NCBI RefSeq assembly: GCF_001194135.2
Contig: NC_068984.1
Span: 25,504,355-25,568,354, forward strand
Origin: Octopus bimaculoides
Taxonomy: Eukaryota
Direction of reading: 5' to 3'
DNA: 64,000 bases
Shown: piece by piece, positions 36,801 through 49,664 of the stretch
Numbering within the stretch: the stretch's first letter is position 1
Layout of the letters: the number at the start of each line of letters is the position of its first letter
Translations under genes and position numbers: made by a program
Notes under the pieces: generated by a model
What the model was told of the DNA's origin: nothing
The model's database searches: none
The model's input: the letters and a program-made list of their open reading frames with translations, nothing else

Positions 36801-37198
36801 TCTTTACTCTTTAACTTGTTTCAGTCATTTGACTGCGGCCATGCTGGAGCACCACCTTTAGTCGAGCAAATCGACCCCAGGACTTATTCTTTGTAAGCCT
36901 AGTACTTATTCTATCAGTCTCTTTTGCTGAACCGCTAAGTTACGGGGACGTAAACACACCACCATCGGTTGTCAAGCGATGTTGGGGGGACAAACGCACA
37001 CACACACACACATATATATATATACATATACATATATATGACGGGCTTCTTTCAGTTTCCGTTTACCAAATCCACTCACAAGGCTTTGGTCGGCCCGAGG
37101 CTATAGTAGAAGACACTTGCCCAAGGTTCCACGCAATGGGACTGAACCCAGAACCATGTGGTTGGTAAGCAAACTACTTACCACACAGCCACTCCTAC
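36801..37198 (-). mobile_element. SINE-A1, full length, young
   Basis: Reverse complement is near-identical to 28979-29388 along head, microsatellite and tail. Confidence 0.9.
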
Positions 37199-37874
37199 AA
37201 ATGTGTGGTATTCTGCCAAAGTCAGAAATCTATGTTTGATAATTTAATAACAGAGAATTTGATATATAATATCCTGTTTGATAATTTAAATTAAATAAGA
37301 GACAATTTGATATTTGATATCTTTGTTTATTTTCATAACTATTAAGAATGAGAAAATAAAGATTAGTTCTCTCCAAAATTAAGAAACAAATATATGTCAT
37401 TCTTGTCATATAAATTATATTTTCATAAAAAGAAACAATTTAGAATTTATTGTAGTAACTTTCTAAAAATATTGCCATTAGATATTGGTATCATACATTT
37501 CCATTTAAACATATAATCATATGGTGGATAGGAATGGGTAATAATAGAATTTGCAAATGGCTGCAAATGGGAAATGAAATTTAAGAATTATGATTAGATC
37601 TTTGAAGAATATAGATTAAATGATTTCTTCAAGCTGCCACATGATTCACTAAGCATACATAACATTATTTATTTATTCCAAAGCCATGGAAAACAAATAG
37701 ATATTTTTGATAAAATATATTCAATACAAAGGAATGTTTAAAAATTGTAAATATAAAAGATATTAAAGAAAAAATTTTTTAAATAGGTAATTAATTAGCC
37801 TTTTAATCATATCTTTGTATTTTAGTTTTACTTAATGAACAGTTAGTATATTTTTCAAAAAATTTCAGGTGCCA

Positions 37875-37935
<61 letters not shown>

Positions 37936-38320
37936 NNNNNNNNNNNNNNNNNNNNNNNNNNNNNNNNNNNNNNNNNNNNNNNNNNNNNNNNNNNNNNNNN
38001 NNNNNNNNNNNNNNNNNNNNNNNNNNNNNNNNNNNNNNNNNNNNNNNNNNNNNNNNNNNNNNNNNNNNNNNNNNNNNNNNNNNNNNNNNNNNNNNNNNNN
38101 NNNNNNNNNNNNNNNNNNNNNNNNNNNNNNNNNNNNNNNNNNNNNNNNNNNNNNNNNNNNNNNNNNNNNNNNNNNNNNNNNNNNNNNNNNNNNNNNNNNN
38201 NNNNNNNNNNNNNNNNNNNNNNNNNNNNNNNNNNNNNNNNNNNNNNNNNNNNNNNNNNNNNNNNNNNNNNNNNNNNNNNNNNNNNNNNNNNNNNNNNNNN
38301 NNNNNNNNNNNNNNNNNNNN

Positions 38321-38702
38321 TTGGCACTCCGTCGCTTACGACGTCGAGGGTTCCAGTTGATCCGATCAACGGAACAGCCTGCTCGTGAAATTAACGTGCA
38401 AGTGGCTGAGCACTCCACAGACACGTGTACCCTTAACGTACTTCTCGGGGGATATTCAGCATGACACAGTGTGACAAGGCTGACCCTTTGAATTACAAGC
38501 ACAACAGAAACAGGAAGTAAGAGTGAGAGAAAGTTGTGGTGAAAGAGTACAGCAGGGTTCGCCACCATCCCCTGCCAGAGCCTCGTGGAGCTTTTAGATG
38601 TCTTCGCTCAATAAACACTCACAACGCCTGGTCTGGGAATCAAAACCGCGATCCTATGACCGCGAGTCTGCTGCCCTAACAACTGGGCCATTGCGCCTCC
38701 AC
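38321..38702 (-). mobile_element. SINE-C, tRNA-derived, 115 bp downstream of the RAPGEF donor
   Basis: Minus head GTGGAGGCGCAATGGCCCAGTTGTTAGGGC...GGTTTTGATTCCC; highly similar to 61744-62127; tail lost in the gap. Confidence 0.85.
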
Positions 38703-38810
38703 ATACATTAATTAGTCAACAATCTACACACAATTATTAATTAAATAGTAGAGTGCAAATTCCTTGCAATCAATATTTTCACAAAATAAATATAAGACAA
38801 TCAGTGAATG

Positions 38811-38816
38811 ACTTAC
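38811..38816 (-). promoter_or_regulatory. 5' splice donor GTAAGT of the RAPGEF exon
   Basis: Plus strand acttac at 38811-38816 = TTG|GTAAGT on minus. Confidence 0.88.
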
Positions 38817-38944
38817 CAATACAAGATTTCATTAGCATCGTGGTGTTCATAGCGAACAGTTCGGCAGAGAGCTTTCAGTGCCGATTCTCTTGATAAGGAC
38901 AATGCTTCCATTCCATGGAGGTAAGAGTAAATGATATCCAGATC
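38817..38944 (-). CDS. RAPGEF2: Internal coding exon of PDZ-GEF (RAPGEF2/RAPGEF6 family), N-terminal atypical cNMP-binding-like region; 128 bp, starts phase 0, ends phase 2
   Basis: Minus-strand translation DLDIIYSYLHGMEALSLSRESALKALCRTVRYEHHDANEILY+TG matches the recalled RAPGEF2/6 motif DL.I.YSYLHGME.LS.LRE..L...C.TVRYE.H.ANE.LY. Flanked by acceptor ttattcttttag| and donor |gtaagt. Not in the ORF track in this frame. Symbol denotes the RAPGEF2/6 orthogroup. Confidence 0.92.
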
Positions 38945-38960
38945 CTAAAAGAATAAATGT
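38945..38960 (-). promoter_or_regulatory. 3' splice site (pyrimidine tract + AG) of the RAPGEF exon
   Basis: Minus strand atttattcttttag|GAT immediately before the exon. Confidence 0.88.
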
Positions 38961-39369
38961 ATGGAGATGAAAACCCATGCTAACCAAATAACATTGATAA
39001 TAGATAATAAATATATAATGCAATAAGTCAAACAGTCGATGATGACTTCTAAAAATATTCAAAGAAAGCAATTCATTGATCAATAGCATAGCTAATAGAG
39101 AGGGAGAGGGTTCAGTACAACCCAGGGTGGTGTTTTTAATGGGGCAACACCCTTGTGTTTACCATATAAGCTTGTAGGCATGGACACCCCAGGGGGATGG
39201 GGCAAATTCAAGAGTGGCCCTGTGTAACATACACTCTAGCTACGTCATTGCTTTTGGTGAAGCAACAGGCAAAGTACTCTTTTACTCTACATCAAGATTG
39301 AAGTGGTTCCATATTTCTGATGCTCAAGAGTAAAAAACAATAACATGTTGGAATAAATAAGGCCTAGAG

Positions 39370-39840
39370 AAGTTACTCTCAAACTTATTTTGTAACAAAA
39401 CCTTTTATATTATTTTCCAAAACCCACAGAAACCATAAGTCTATTTTACAGACAAAACCCTGCAACCCTAATTTTTATAAGAAATTAAATAAATCAAAAA
39501 TTGTTCTTGAGAGAGTATCTGTATAAGGATAATAGCTTGTTATGAAAATGGTGGGGGTGGGCATGTCATTGATGAGGTCACTAATGGCAACAAAAGAACT
39601 TTGACAAATCTGATTGATTGTTTGACCAAATGATTAATCAAACAATCAATTAATTAAAGTGTAAAATGTTAACTAATTGATTAATGATAATAAAAGAAGT
39701 GATACAGAACCAGTTCATGTGTTTATTATTGGCATAATAACACACCTGACATATAAATGTTTATTAAATTTTATTAAGAGCCACCTTATTTATATGGAAC
39801 CCCCAGAATTTTTACCTGAAACCCACTTTGGGAAACAATG
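39370..39840. mobile_element. Older hAT-type MITE
   Basis: Degenerate TIRs AAGTTACTCTCAAACT and ACTTTGGGAAACAATG; flanks GCCTAGAG (39362-39369) and GTCTAGAG (39841-39848), 7/8 match. Confidence 0.55.
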
Positions 39841-39848
39841 GTCTAGAG

Positions 39849-40079
39849 CAGTGGTTCTCATCTAGCTCTTGGGTGTCCATATAAAATGTTAAAATTAAAG
39901 TGCAATAAATTGCTTATACTTCTACAATACACAAAATATTTTTTTAAATTTATACAATTCCTAAAAATATTTACCGATAAAAACACAAGAATTTTTCTGT
40001 TTAGATACATCAAATGGCTATGGGGGTCCAGTAGCGTAAAATAGGAATCAAAAGAGCCAAAAATGGTTGAGAACCACTG
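39849..40079. mobile_element. hAT (Charlie/Buster-type) MITE, 231 bp
   Basis: Perfect 12-bp TIR CAGTGGTTCTCA / TGAGAACCACTG; perfect 8-bp TSD GTCTAGAG (39841-39848 and 40080-40087). Confidence 0.92.
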
Positions 40080-41139
40080 GTCTAGAGAGGCAAACTACAT
40101 CATTGGCAGTATTTCATAGTTCAGAATTAAAAATACAATTTAGATTTTTATCTATCAAAAGGAAAATAAATACCTGTAACATCAATCACATAACTAAACT
40201 ACATTTGCTTTTTAAAGTGCCTGCCCCAAGTAAAAAAAAATTAATAATAAGATAAAATAAAAAGGAATTAATATATGATAGAAAATATTTTGTATTTTAA
40301 AGAGATCTTTTACTGATTTTTGTATATAAAATATCTGAAAATAATAGACTGTGTTGCCAGTCTATTCAAAAGTATCTATTGATTAGTGAACAATATAATT
40401 GATGCAATCAATTTTAAATACTTTTGACTGAAAATAATATTTAATCTTCTGTAGTGTTTACATTGTTATTTGACCCTCCTTTCCAGAAGAAAGGGACAAT
40501 TGAATGAAACTAAAGCCATGTTTAGCTTAAATTGTTGAAGTAATTAGAGGAGAAAAAGAGTTTCAGAAAGGTGTAATTTAGAGGAAAAGATTGCAGAAAG
40601 TGCAAATCACAAAATTAGTCCTATGATGAAAAACATTCCATCTGTGACTATCATATCATCTTTTCAGATATAGTCCATCATTACTCTTTGTCTTCTCCTT
40701 TTTACAAGATGACAGGATGTGATTTAAGGGAGATTTGACTGCTATTTCTAGTAAGTTGAGTAGCCATGTACAGGCTATGTTTTGCAAGTGTTAGTTATGT
40801 AACTGGTGTGCTAAAGTGAACTGCAGCCATTACATGTCATCTCTGGATGTTTAAATAAACTTTCAATTAAAAGTTTCTTTTGTTTGTTTTACTGCTTGAT
40901 GGAAGTTACGACTAAGCAGCTCGTAATGTTTAAATGGTTTATAATTTATGCGAATGTGATATAAATTTGGCAAATTCAGAGTTGAAGTTATTCTAGTGGA
41001 GATAGAGACATAGAGAGCAGACACAATCTGAGGGTAGATTTTGGAGAGTGCAGCTTTGTCCTTCAGTTGAGTATCCTTTATTTGATGCAGTCTAAGATAA
41101 GTGTGTACGTATGCGTGTGTTTTGATCATTGTTATAAAT

Positions 41140-41355
41140 GTCTCCTTTTCCATGCTTGATTAGTAAACAAGAATGCATTGAGACATGTTTTCTACAGCCA
41201 AATGGCCCTTCCTGTTGCCAACTCTCACCTATTTCCAAGTGAGATAATATTTCCCTTTGACCAGACATGTTTTCATGGAAGACTGAAAATGAATAACACA
41301 ACTTGTACAACAATGATGCTTGGTCAAAACTATGATGTGATGTCATGACAAGGAG
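41140..41355 (-). mobile_element. SINE-A2 3' module
   Basis: TTTTCCATGCTTG...CCCTTCCTGTTGCCAACTCTCACCTATTTCCAAG...CCAGACATGTTTTCATGGAAGACTG...GATGTCATGACAAGGAG. Confidence 0.7.
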
Positions 41356-41383
41356 ATACAATTAACCATAATGCACACACATT

Positions 41384-41418
<35 letters not shown>

Positions 41419-43909
41419 TATATATATNNNNNNNNNNNNNNNNNNNNNNNNNNNNNNNNNNNNNNNNNNNNNNNNNNNNNNNNNNNNNNNNNNNNNNNNN
41501 NNNNNNNNNNNNNNNNNNNNNNNNNNNNNNNNNNNNNNNNNNNNNNNNNNNNNNNNNNNNNNNNNNNNNNNNNNNNNNNNNNNNNNNNNNNNNNNNNNNN
41601 NNNNNNNNNNNNNNNNNNNNNNNNNNNNNNNNNNNNNNNNNNNNNNNNNNNNNNNNNNNNNNNNNNNNNNNNNNNNNNNNNNNNNNNNNNNNNNNNNNNN
41701 NNNNNNNNNNNNNNNNNNNNNNNNNNNNNNNNNNNNNNNNNNNNNNNNNNNNNNNNNNNNNNNNNNNNNNNNNNNNNNNNNNNNNNNNNNNNNNNNNNNN
41801 NNNNNNNNNNNNNNNNNNNNNNNNNNNNNNNNNNNNNNNNNNNNNNNNNNNNNNNNNNNNNNNNNNNNNNNNNNNNNNNNNNNNNNNNNNNNNNNNNNNN
41901 NNNNNNNNNNNNNNNNNNNNNNGGGGGGCTGTCATCAATCACGTTCGGAATTTTTACGTACCATCAGCACGTAAAGCCAGTCAGGTGGCACTGGCAATGA
42001 CCCATGCATGAATGGTACTTATTGCGTGCCACCAGCATGGGAGCCAGTCAGATAGCACTGGCATCAGTCACAACTACAATTTCCATTTGATTGCAACTTG
42101 ATTTGATTTGATTTTGATTTTGATTTTACTTGATTCAATAGGTCTCCTCAAGCATGACACGTTGCCCAATTATTCAAAGGTACTCTTTAAATGGGCTGGT
42201 TATGTGACACTGGTGTAGGCTGCCAAGTCAAAACTGACAATGGAATTTAGTGCAGCCCCTGATCTTGTCAGTTCCTGTCAAGCCAGCCAATTCAAACCAG
42301 CATGGAAAACAGACATTAAATGTTGATAATCATCATCACACATACATATGCACATGTGCACGCACACGTGCACGCACACACACTGAGGTTCTTTCAGTTT
42401 TTATCTACCCAATCCATGCACAAGCTTTATGGGTGACCTGAGGTTATAGTAGCAGCTTTTTTACAGTGGAAATACTTTGAGGTTCTGAAGAGGAAAATAA
42501 GGCTTTGTGATTGTTTAGTCTTTGTGAAGTAAATGTGGCCTTTACAAGAGATTGTAAGAAATCGATAAGATTGATATTTGTAAGGCTTGTGAGAGTTTGT
42601 GTATTATTTATGAGTGGAAATATCAGCAGTTTGATACCAATCGAAGGCTTTTAGTGCAGCTGGAGAAGATTAACTCATGGCTAGGAGATTAACATGTTCA
42701 CTTCACGACTACACAGCTTCAGGTTTGATTTCCCTGCACAGCATTTCATGTATTTTCTACCATAACCTCAGGATGAGCAATGCCTTGTGAATAGAACTTG
42801 GTAGACAGAAATTATGTGAAATGTCACTGTATAAATATGTTTGTGTACTTTTAGTAATGCATATCTTTCAGCAAAGGATGTAAACATCAGCACAAAAACT
42901 GAGAAAAGTTGTGTTTTCAAAAATATTTTTTTATACTCCCTCATCACTTTTACCAGCATAAATGCAGCAAACCAATGATTGGCTCATTGTAAACATGTAA
43001 CTAATGACATTATTGTCCAGAAAATGCAATATAAAATAAATGAATGAAAACAAATCCCATTAGCTAGTACTGAGCAAAAACTGTATCTGATAGATGACCT
43101 ATGACCTGGCCAATAAAACCAATGCAACAAGCTATCAGGTCCAGCATACAGACATATACACACCACATTGTTATGTTTAGCTGTTTATTCTATTGTATAG
43201 TATTTTAGGATGGAGCAGCTCTGGCAAACCAGCTCAAAGGTTTGACTTGGTGACAGGCCCCTGAGAGAAATTTAGCAAAGCAGAACAAGACTGCTTTTGA
43301 GGCCCCAGCAGTCAGGAGTACTCTCTCAAAATTCAAAAGTTTCTAGATTTTATTTAGGGAGGAGCCTAAAGACAGTTAAGGGCCACTCCTTGATTTTCCA
43401 GGTCTTTGAATGGTGTATTAACTGAATCTCTATTTGAGGGTTATCAACTTTGATATTAATATTTTATTTGTTTGTTCAGGTTCACATAGCTCCATTAATT
43501 ATCTTATTTCTAAATAAACTATGAAATAAATGTATAGTGAGGTCTCAACCTTTATGTATTTTGTTTGCCATTCATCCAAAGTTTTAGAATTATATAACTC
43601 CTTAGCATCATAATATAAATTATGTCTATCCTTCAAAAATTCCATGCCTCCTGAAATTCACTAACATTAATTCTTCTGATGTGCCACTTGCACCCTTTCT
43701 TTTTAATACTTCTTTTAATGTTCACTCTTCCATCTTTTTGTGTTTTATTCTGTGTACCATACAAGCACTTTCAGCTTTCATTGGTGTCTTTCTTTACTTC
43801 GCTTATTTCTACTTTCTGTGCCCTCTTTTACCCTTTTCCAGTAATTTGTTCTATATCTGAGCGTTGTATACAACTTAATTTAACATCTTGGGAAAGTTAT
43901 TGCCTAGAT

Positions 43910-44206
43910 CAAGGGTTTTCAAACTTTTTGACTTACGGACCCCTTTATATTTCAGGCTTTACCTTAGGGACCCCCTTATAAATGCATATGAAATTTATAC
44001 ATAAATATTTGCTTAAAATAACATATATTTTTACATTTATTTATTTAACAGTATTTAACAAATAGTTTTATTGTCAATTAAAAGATTTCAATTAAAAAAC
44101 ATATATAAAATCAAATTGCGCATAAAAAGTATTTGCTGCCCACGGATCCCCTGTCTTGTCCTTGCGGACCCCCTGTGGTCCACGGACCACAGTTTGAAAA
44201 CCCCTG
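43910..44206. mobile_element. hAT (Charlie/Buster-type) MITE, 297 bp
   Basis: 16-bp TIR CAAGGGTTTTCAAACT / AGTTTGAAAACCCCTG (1 mismatch); TSD GCCTAGAT / GCCCAGAT. Confidence 0.88.
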
Positions 44207-45020
44207 GCCCAGATCAACCTGAGTGGTGTAAATTGTGCCATGTCACATCTAAACAATTTATGTTGAAGAAACAGAACAAGAAAAGAATTATATCCTGCAA
44301 TCAACAGATACATATATCCAATCCCAGGCAAAATCAAAATTATCATTGTTCCCATTGCAACTTCATGGCCAAATCCATACCTGGACTCAAATTACATTCA
44401 TGCATCCATTGCAAATAGATGCAGCTTCTTTTATATTTAATCCTTCTTTTCTTTCATTTTGTTTTTAAACCTTTCCTTCAATGAAAGTGACCATCATCTT
44501 TATTATCAGTATTATTAAACATATCACATTACATTAAAATTCCTTAACCAAACAGAAATTCAATATATCACAGTCTTGTTTAATAACATTCACTGAATCA
44601 GTGTGCAGCTGCATGCAATAAATTCACTTTCAGAACTGACTTAAGTATTTCATGTATTGTACTTTTTCATTTTGGTACATAAGAACCAGTACTTAAAACA
44701 ACACCAACACACTCCAAACTAACTCCACAAAAGATAATATATTTTAACAGGTAAACGTTAAGTTAGAAGTTATTACTCAAAATTCTCTCTTGACTACTTT
44801 AAAAAAATCAAAACACCAGATGTATTCTTGGTTGAAATATAGTCACAAAATGATTAAACATGATTCTTGGTTAAAAGGTTCTAAACAAATTATATGGTTC
44901 TATCTAGCTGGATGGCTTTCTCTAGCTATTTATTTTATCTAATTTGATTTACATACTGCTTAGGGTCATATTTTGAATTAATTTTAGATTAATTACATTA
45001 AAACCATTTTAGTAACATTA

Positions 45021-45167
45021 TCATCATCATTTAACGTCTGGTTTCTATGCTGGCAAGCCAGGAGACTGCACCAGGCTCCAATCTGATCAAGCAAGATTTC
45101 TACAGCTGGATGCCCTTCCTAATGCCAACCACTCCAAGAGTGTAGTGGGTGCTTTTTACACACCATG
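45021..45167 (-). mobile_element. RTE-tail element, internally deleted
   Basis: TCATCATCATTTAACGTCTG...CTACAGCTGGATGCCCTTCCTAATGCCAACCACTCCAAGAGTGTAGTGGGTGC. Confidence 0.8.
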
Positions 45168-45737
45168 TTTGAGGCAAACAGCACAATTTTTTCCCAGTAC
45201 TTTCTCTAACCATATTCTGAAAAAATATCAGCATGACTGAACTTTTAAAGCTATATTCAACAACAATACAAAGGAACCAAAGTTCAATTCTAACTGCAGC
45301 ACAACAAACACATTTACTTCCTTTACCTGGAGCATTAAAATTCTAAAAAAGGTTTGGCAGACTAACTTTCTAAATAGGTGTGGCACTGATAAAGAAACAA
45401 TAAGTGGTAACAGATTTATTATAAGTATCATGGAGAATTTAATTTTGTCCTTTTTTTTTTTTTTCTTTTACACTATAAAAGAACAATACACCCTCAATGT
45501 ATCATCATTTATTTATAATTAACTGAAAGCAGACATGATATCAGTATAGTTATTTCTGGCTACTTGTTTTTCTTTCTATTTCCTATTTACAAAATTTTCT
45601 TGTCTTTGCCAACACAAAAACAAATCGTAATTGTTGATATTTACTCAATAAAATTATGTACCTAGCCAAACAGATTTTTATCTATCTAGACAAAGAACAC
45701 TCAAGCAATAACTAAATCTACATGCCAAGTACTTTTT

Positions 45738-45775
<38 letters not shown>

Positions 45776-46312
45776 ACCTGTGCTCTGTATTACATGTTAA
45801 GATAATCTTACTTGATAAAGACATTCTCAGAATTATGAGATAGAATTCCATTTTTTTGCGATGTAAAAGAAAAAAAAAAAACCTGGTCGTTATCAATTTC
45901 TGATAATGTAAGATTCCAAGATTAAACTAAAAAAAAAAGTAGAACAGAATCATCAAGATGACTTATTTTTATATGTTTGGCAAGAATCTCTAAGAGAAAA
46001 AAAACCTCATGCTTCACAGGTATTGTCTTCTGTCTTCAATAATTACAATGACTGTAACATAATACCTGTTTATTTTTCAACTATTCTTCTTAAATTTCTG
46101 TACACCTACTCAAATATTTCTATTAATGTTAACTGTTAATGTTCACACCAGCAGTTTAAGAAAATTAAAACTGAATCAATATAAACATAATACTGTATTT
46201 GATGGCATAAAAGAAACAAGAAAATTAGATGCAGCCAATTTTCAACAACGCATATTCAAGGAAAAAAAAAGTTTATAGTGCATTAAATCATGTATAATAC
46301 AGGTCCAACTTC

Positions 46313-46530
46313 GGCAGTGAGCTGGCAGATTCGCTAGCATGCTAAGTAAAATGCTTAGCAGTATATTGTCTGTCTTTATGTTCTAAGTCCAACTTCTGCC
46401 ACGGTCGACTTTGCCTTTCATCCTTTCAGGGTTGATAAAATCGGTACCAGTTGAGTTCTAGGTTTGATGTAATTAATTTAGTCCCTTTCCCAAAACTGCT
46501 GGCCTTGTACCAAAATTTGAAACCAATATT
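46313..46530 (+). mobile_element. SINE-B, full length
   Basis: GGCAGTGAGCTGGCAGATTCG...GGTCGACTTTGCCTTTCATCCTTTCAGGGTTGAT...CTGGCCTTGTACCAAAATTTGAAACCAAT. Confidence 0.82.
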
Positions 46531-47083
46531 GGTCCAACTTTGCAGATAGGACCTGGGGTGATTTTATTTGTTTTGTTTTTTTTGCTTTGTTTTTTTTTTT
46601 TGTGAGACTGTTTTTGGACACAAAGTGTCTTATATGCCATCAAATCTATAGAATGATTACAGAATTTTAATAGAAATATCCTGTTTAACAATAGTTAAAA
46701 GAATAAAATATTCCTCCACAGAGTAATATACACATTGTTTTACTTTTCTGTTCAAGAATCACAACATTCTTGAATTTTATGTACATTATCAATTTTTCTA
46801 GCACAAGAAAATCTCTATAGTTTTGCATTAATTCTGAAACAAAAAATGTTTACCCTTATTCAGAGAGAAACTATCAATACAATGTTCTGTTTGTCACAGA
46901 ATGAGTTCATATGCTACACTTCAAAGTGAATCACTAAACTTTGATCAGAATCAAAATAGTGAAAGTGTTTTCCTCAGCAAAAAGTGAAAGTTTTATTATC
47001 TTTTTAACATAAAGGATAATATCTTTCAATATTTGTTCAAATTCATTATTAAGAAAAGCTTAACACCAAATAATTTCAATTAA

Positions 47084-47374
47084 CTCTTCAGCATTTAAAC
47101 AGGCCATATCCAATCTAAATATTCTACTTGTTTTATGTTCAAACCAGTCAAATCTGGACCTCTTACACCTCTTCTACAATGTCAAAGTGAAAATATACAA
47201 TCACATCAGCAAAATCACAAAGTCACAATGTATTGGCACAGCCTTCCAGTGTGCCAGCCCAGTCAAACCGTCCAACCCATGCCAGCATGGACAATGGACA
47301 TTAAATGATGATGATGATGAATTGAAAATGATGTCAATAAATAAGGATTACATTTGACAAAGTATGTCAAAGGG
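47084..47374 (+). mobile_element. piggyBac-type MITE, family 1, with an RTE-tail piece inserted at about 47231-47320
   Basis: TTAA|CTCTTCAGCATTT...CAAAGGG|TTAA; CCGTCCAACCCATGCCAGCATGG(GAT)n nested inside. Confidence 0.72.
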
Positions 47375-48938
47375 TTAAAAAAAAAAAAGCAATCTGTGTA
47401 CAATGAGTATCATTGTCCTGTTTATTTCTCCAATTCCAGCAGGAACAAACCTGAAACCATGTGGTTGTGAAGCAGAACTCTTCACTAAACAGCTATATCA
47501 CCATTTATGTAGTTTATTAAAAGATTAACACAGAAGGCAAGAAAACAGAGTAATTATTGTTTCAAGTGACATCTGAACAAAAAAAAAAAAAGGATCAAGC
47601 CCCATAAAAGCTAACATTAAAGGACATGCTACTTCAATGGGTGTGATTTAAATGACAACTAATAAAATATTTTAAAATACAATTTTTTAAATAAAAATGG
47701 AATGAAAATCACTTAAACAGGAATCTAAAATTAAAACCTGGTGCTTAGAAATAATAAAAGGAATGAATAACACAAAATGTTTCAATATTAACAAAAACTG
47801 CAGAGAAACCACACCAGAAATTAAAATAGCTGGTGGAACTGAATCTAAATACTTTTTTTATGAATTCAATTAGTAAACAAAAGAAACCAATAAAAATTTT
47901 CAGATCAAATGTTTAAAAAAAAAAAAATTTTTTATTTCTTTGCCTAAAACAGCGAATAATTTCTATATGTATGGTTTGTACATGTGGCCTAGGTTTGCAT
48001 TCAAATGAATAAAATATTTTAGGTTAGTGTGAAAATCTTTCCAGTACTGGCACCATAAAATGCACCCAGTATACCCTGTAAAGTGGTTGACAAACTGAAC
48101 AAAGAATGCATAGGGTTCTAAAGTCTCTTTGTTCAACCTACCATGCAAAACGTACCCACTACTATCTGTAAAGTAGTTAGCAATAAGACGAGAAACCAAA
48201 TCAAATAACACTTGCAAGCATCAGTTTACAGAAGCAGCAGCTTTCAGTGGGCGACTATTTGACTATGTCGACTCATCTAGCTCATGCTGACATCAAAAGC
48301 AGATGTAAAAATGAAGATAGTCCATAGATACAATAGTTTTTTGCGTTAGGAAGACAATGAGACAATGCATTGGAAGAATCATTAAAGTATCAGACAAACT
48401 AAATTGCTTTGAGGTATCTAATTTCAATCCCTTATATTCTGAGTTCAAATCCCACTAAGATCAAATTTACCTTTCCTTTTTTTAAAGGTTGATAAAAATA
48501 TAGCAGCAAACTCAGAGATCAGTTACTTGACTGATATTGGTGTCTCCCAGGCTTCTTCAAGTAAAAAGTCTATGACTAAGAATGCTGACTGAATCTTCAT
48601 AGCACTTACTTGAGGTTCATCAATTACTGAGGATGTAACACACACACATACGTACAAACCAACAGCCACACTATTGCTTTGAGGTACAGTGACCCCAGTT
48701 AGAATTAGTTGTGAAGGACAAAAGCAATGGAACAATGTCACAGAAATCCAGTAATTAATGGACTGTGGTATATAGATGTTATAATCATTGCAGCCAATGG
48801 AAGAATGATGACAATGATGATGACAACAACAGTAATGACAACATCAACAAGAGCAATGATTGTGACAACATTCACAATTATTTGTTTCCTTAGAATGTGT
48901 ATACTGAGTTTTAAGTCTATATTTAAATATGTTTGTAT

Positions 48939-48984
<46 letters not shown>

Positions 48985-49614
48985 ATATAACCTACGCACT
49001 AAGAGCAAACTAAGATTGACCATCCCAGCTTTGTCCCTGTTGACGCCACCACCATCAGTGCTAACAATAGCAGTACTGACGACAATGAGCCAACCCAGAA
49101 TGGAAACTACCCAAGAAAAGAGAATACTATGGATATATCTAACGAATACCATAGCAACGGTAATAATGAATATTTTCACATGAGTGTACGTATATGTGTG
49201 TCTACAAATGTAAGTTTATGTGACTGTGAATATGAATATGAATTTCCGTGATTAGTCTTTACGTAGTTATATGTTTTATTCCTCTATGTAACAAAGTATA
49301 TAATTGAATGTATGCAGACATGTCTAAAATATATGAGTGGGAGGAGAAGTGCTCATGTATATATGCATGTATAATATATATATATACATAGATGAATATG
49401 CTTGTTTGTGTGTGTGTGTGTGTATTCAAGAGTTGTTTGTATAAAAGCTGTATTAATTTCTCACATTTGTGAATATATTTGTTAGTTATGTACAATCGAT
49501 GCGATGGTGATTAATTACATGTTTGAATAATGTGTGTATTTGTACTGGTGCACCAAACATTATTGCAATAATAAAATATGTATGTGTTTATAGTTTTCAT
49601 ACATGTATGTTTGT

Positions 49615-49664
<50 letters not shown>

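Noticed and set aside
40863-40935. Minus-strand SRNFHQAVK resembling the RAPGEF2 N-terminus (NSFRQAVMK)
   Set aside because: No P.RT.(E/Q) continuation, no in-frame donor, and the frame ends at a stop.
48610-48626. Candidate 17-nt micro-exon (IDEPQ|GTAAGT)
   Set aside because: Only the terminal PQ matches the expected junction, the acceptor is weak, and the enclosing ORF starts at GTG.
48993-49250. Plus-strand stop-free stretch (KIDHPSFVPVDATTISANNSSTDDNEP...) with a partial X-box-like GTTGCTATGG on minus
   Set aside because: Low-complexity composition, no proper acceptor, first ATG gives only about 40 aa, and the motif is incomplete.
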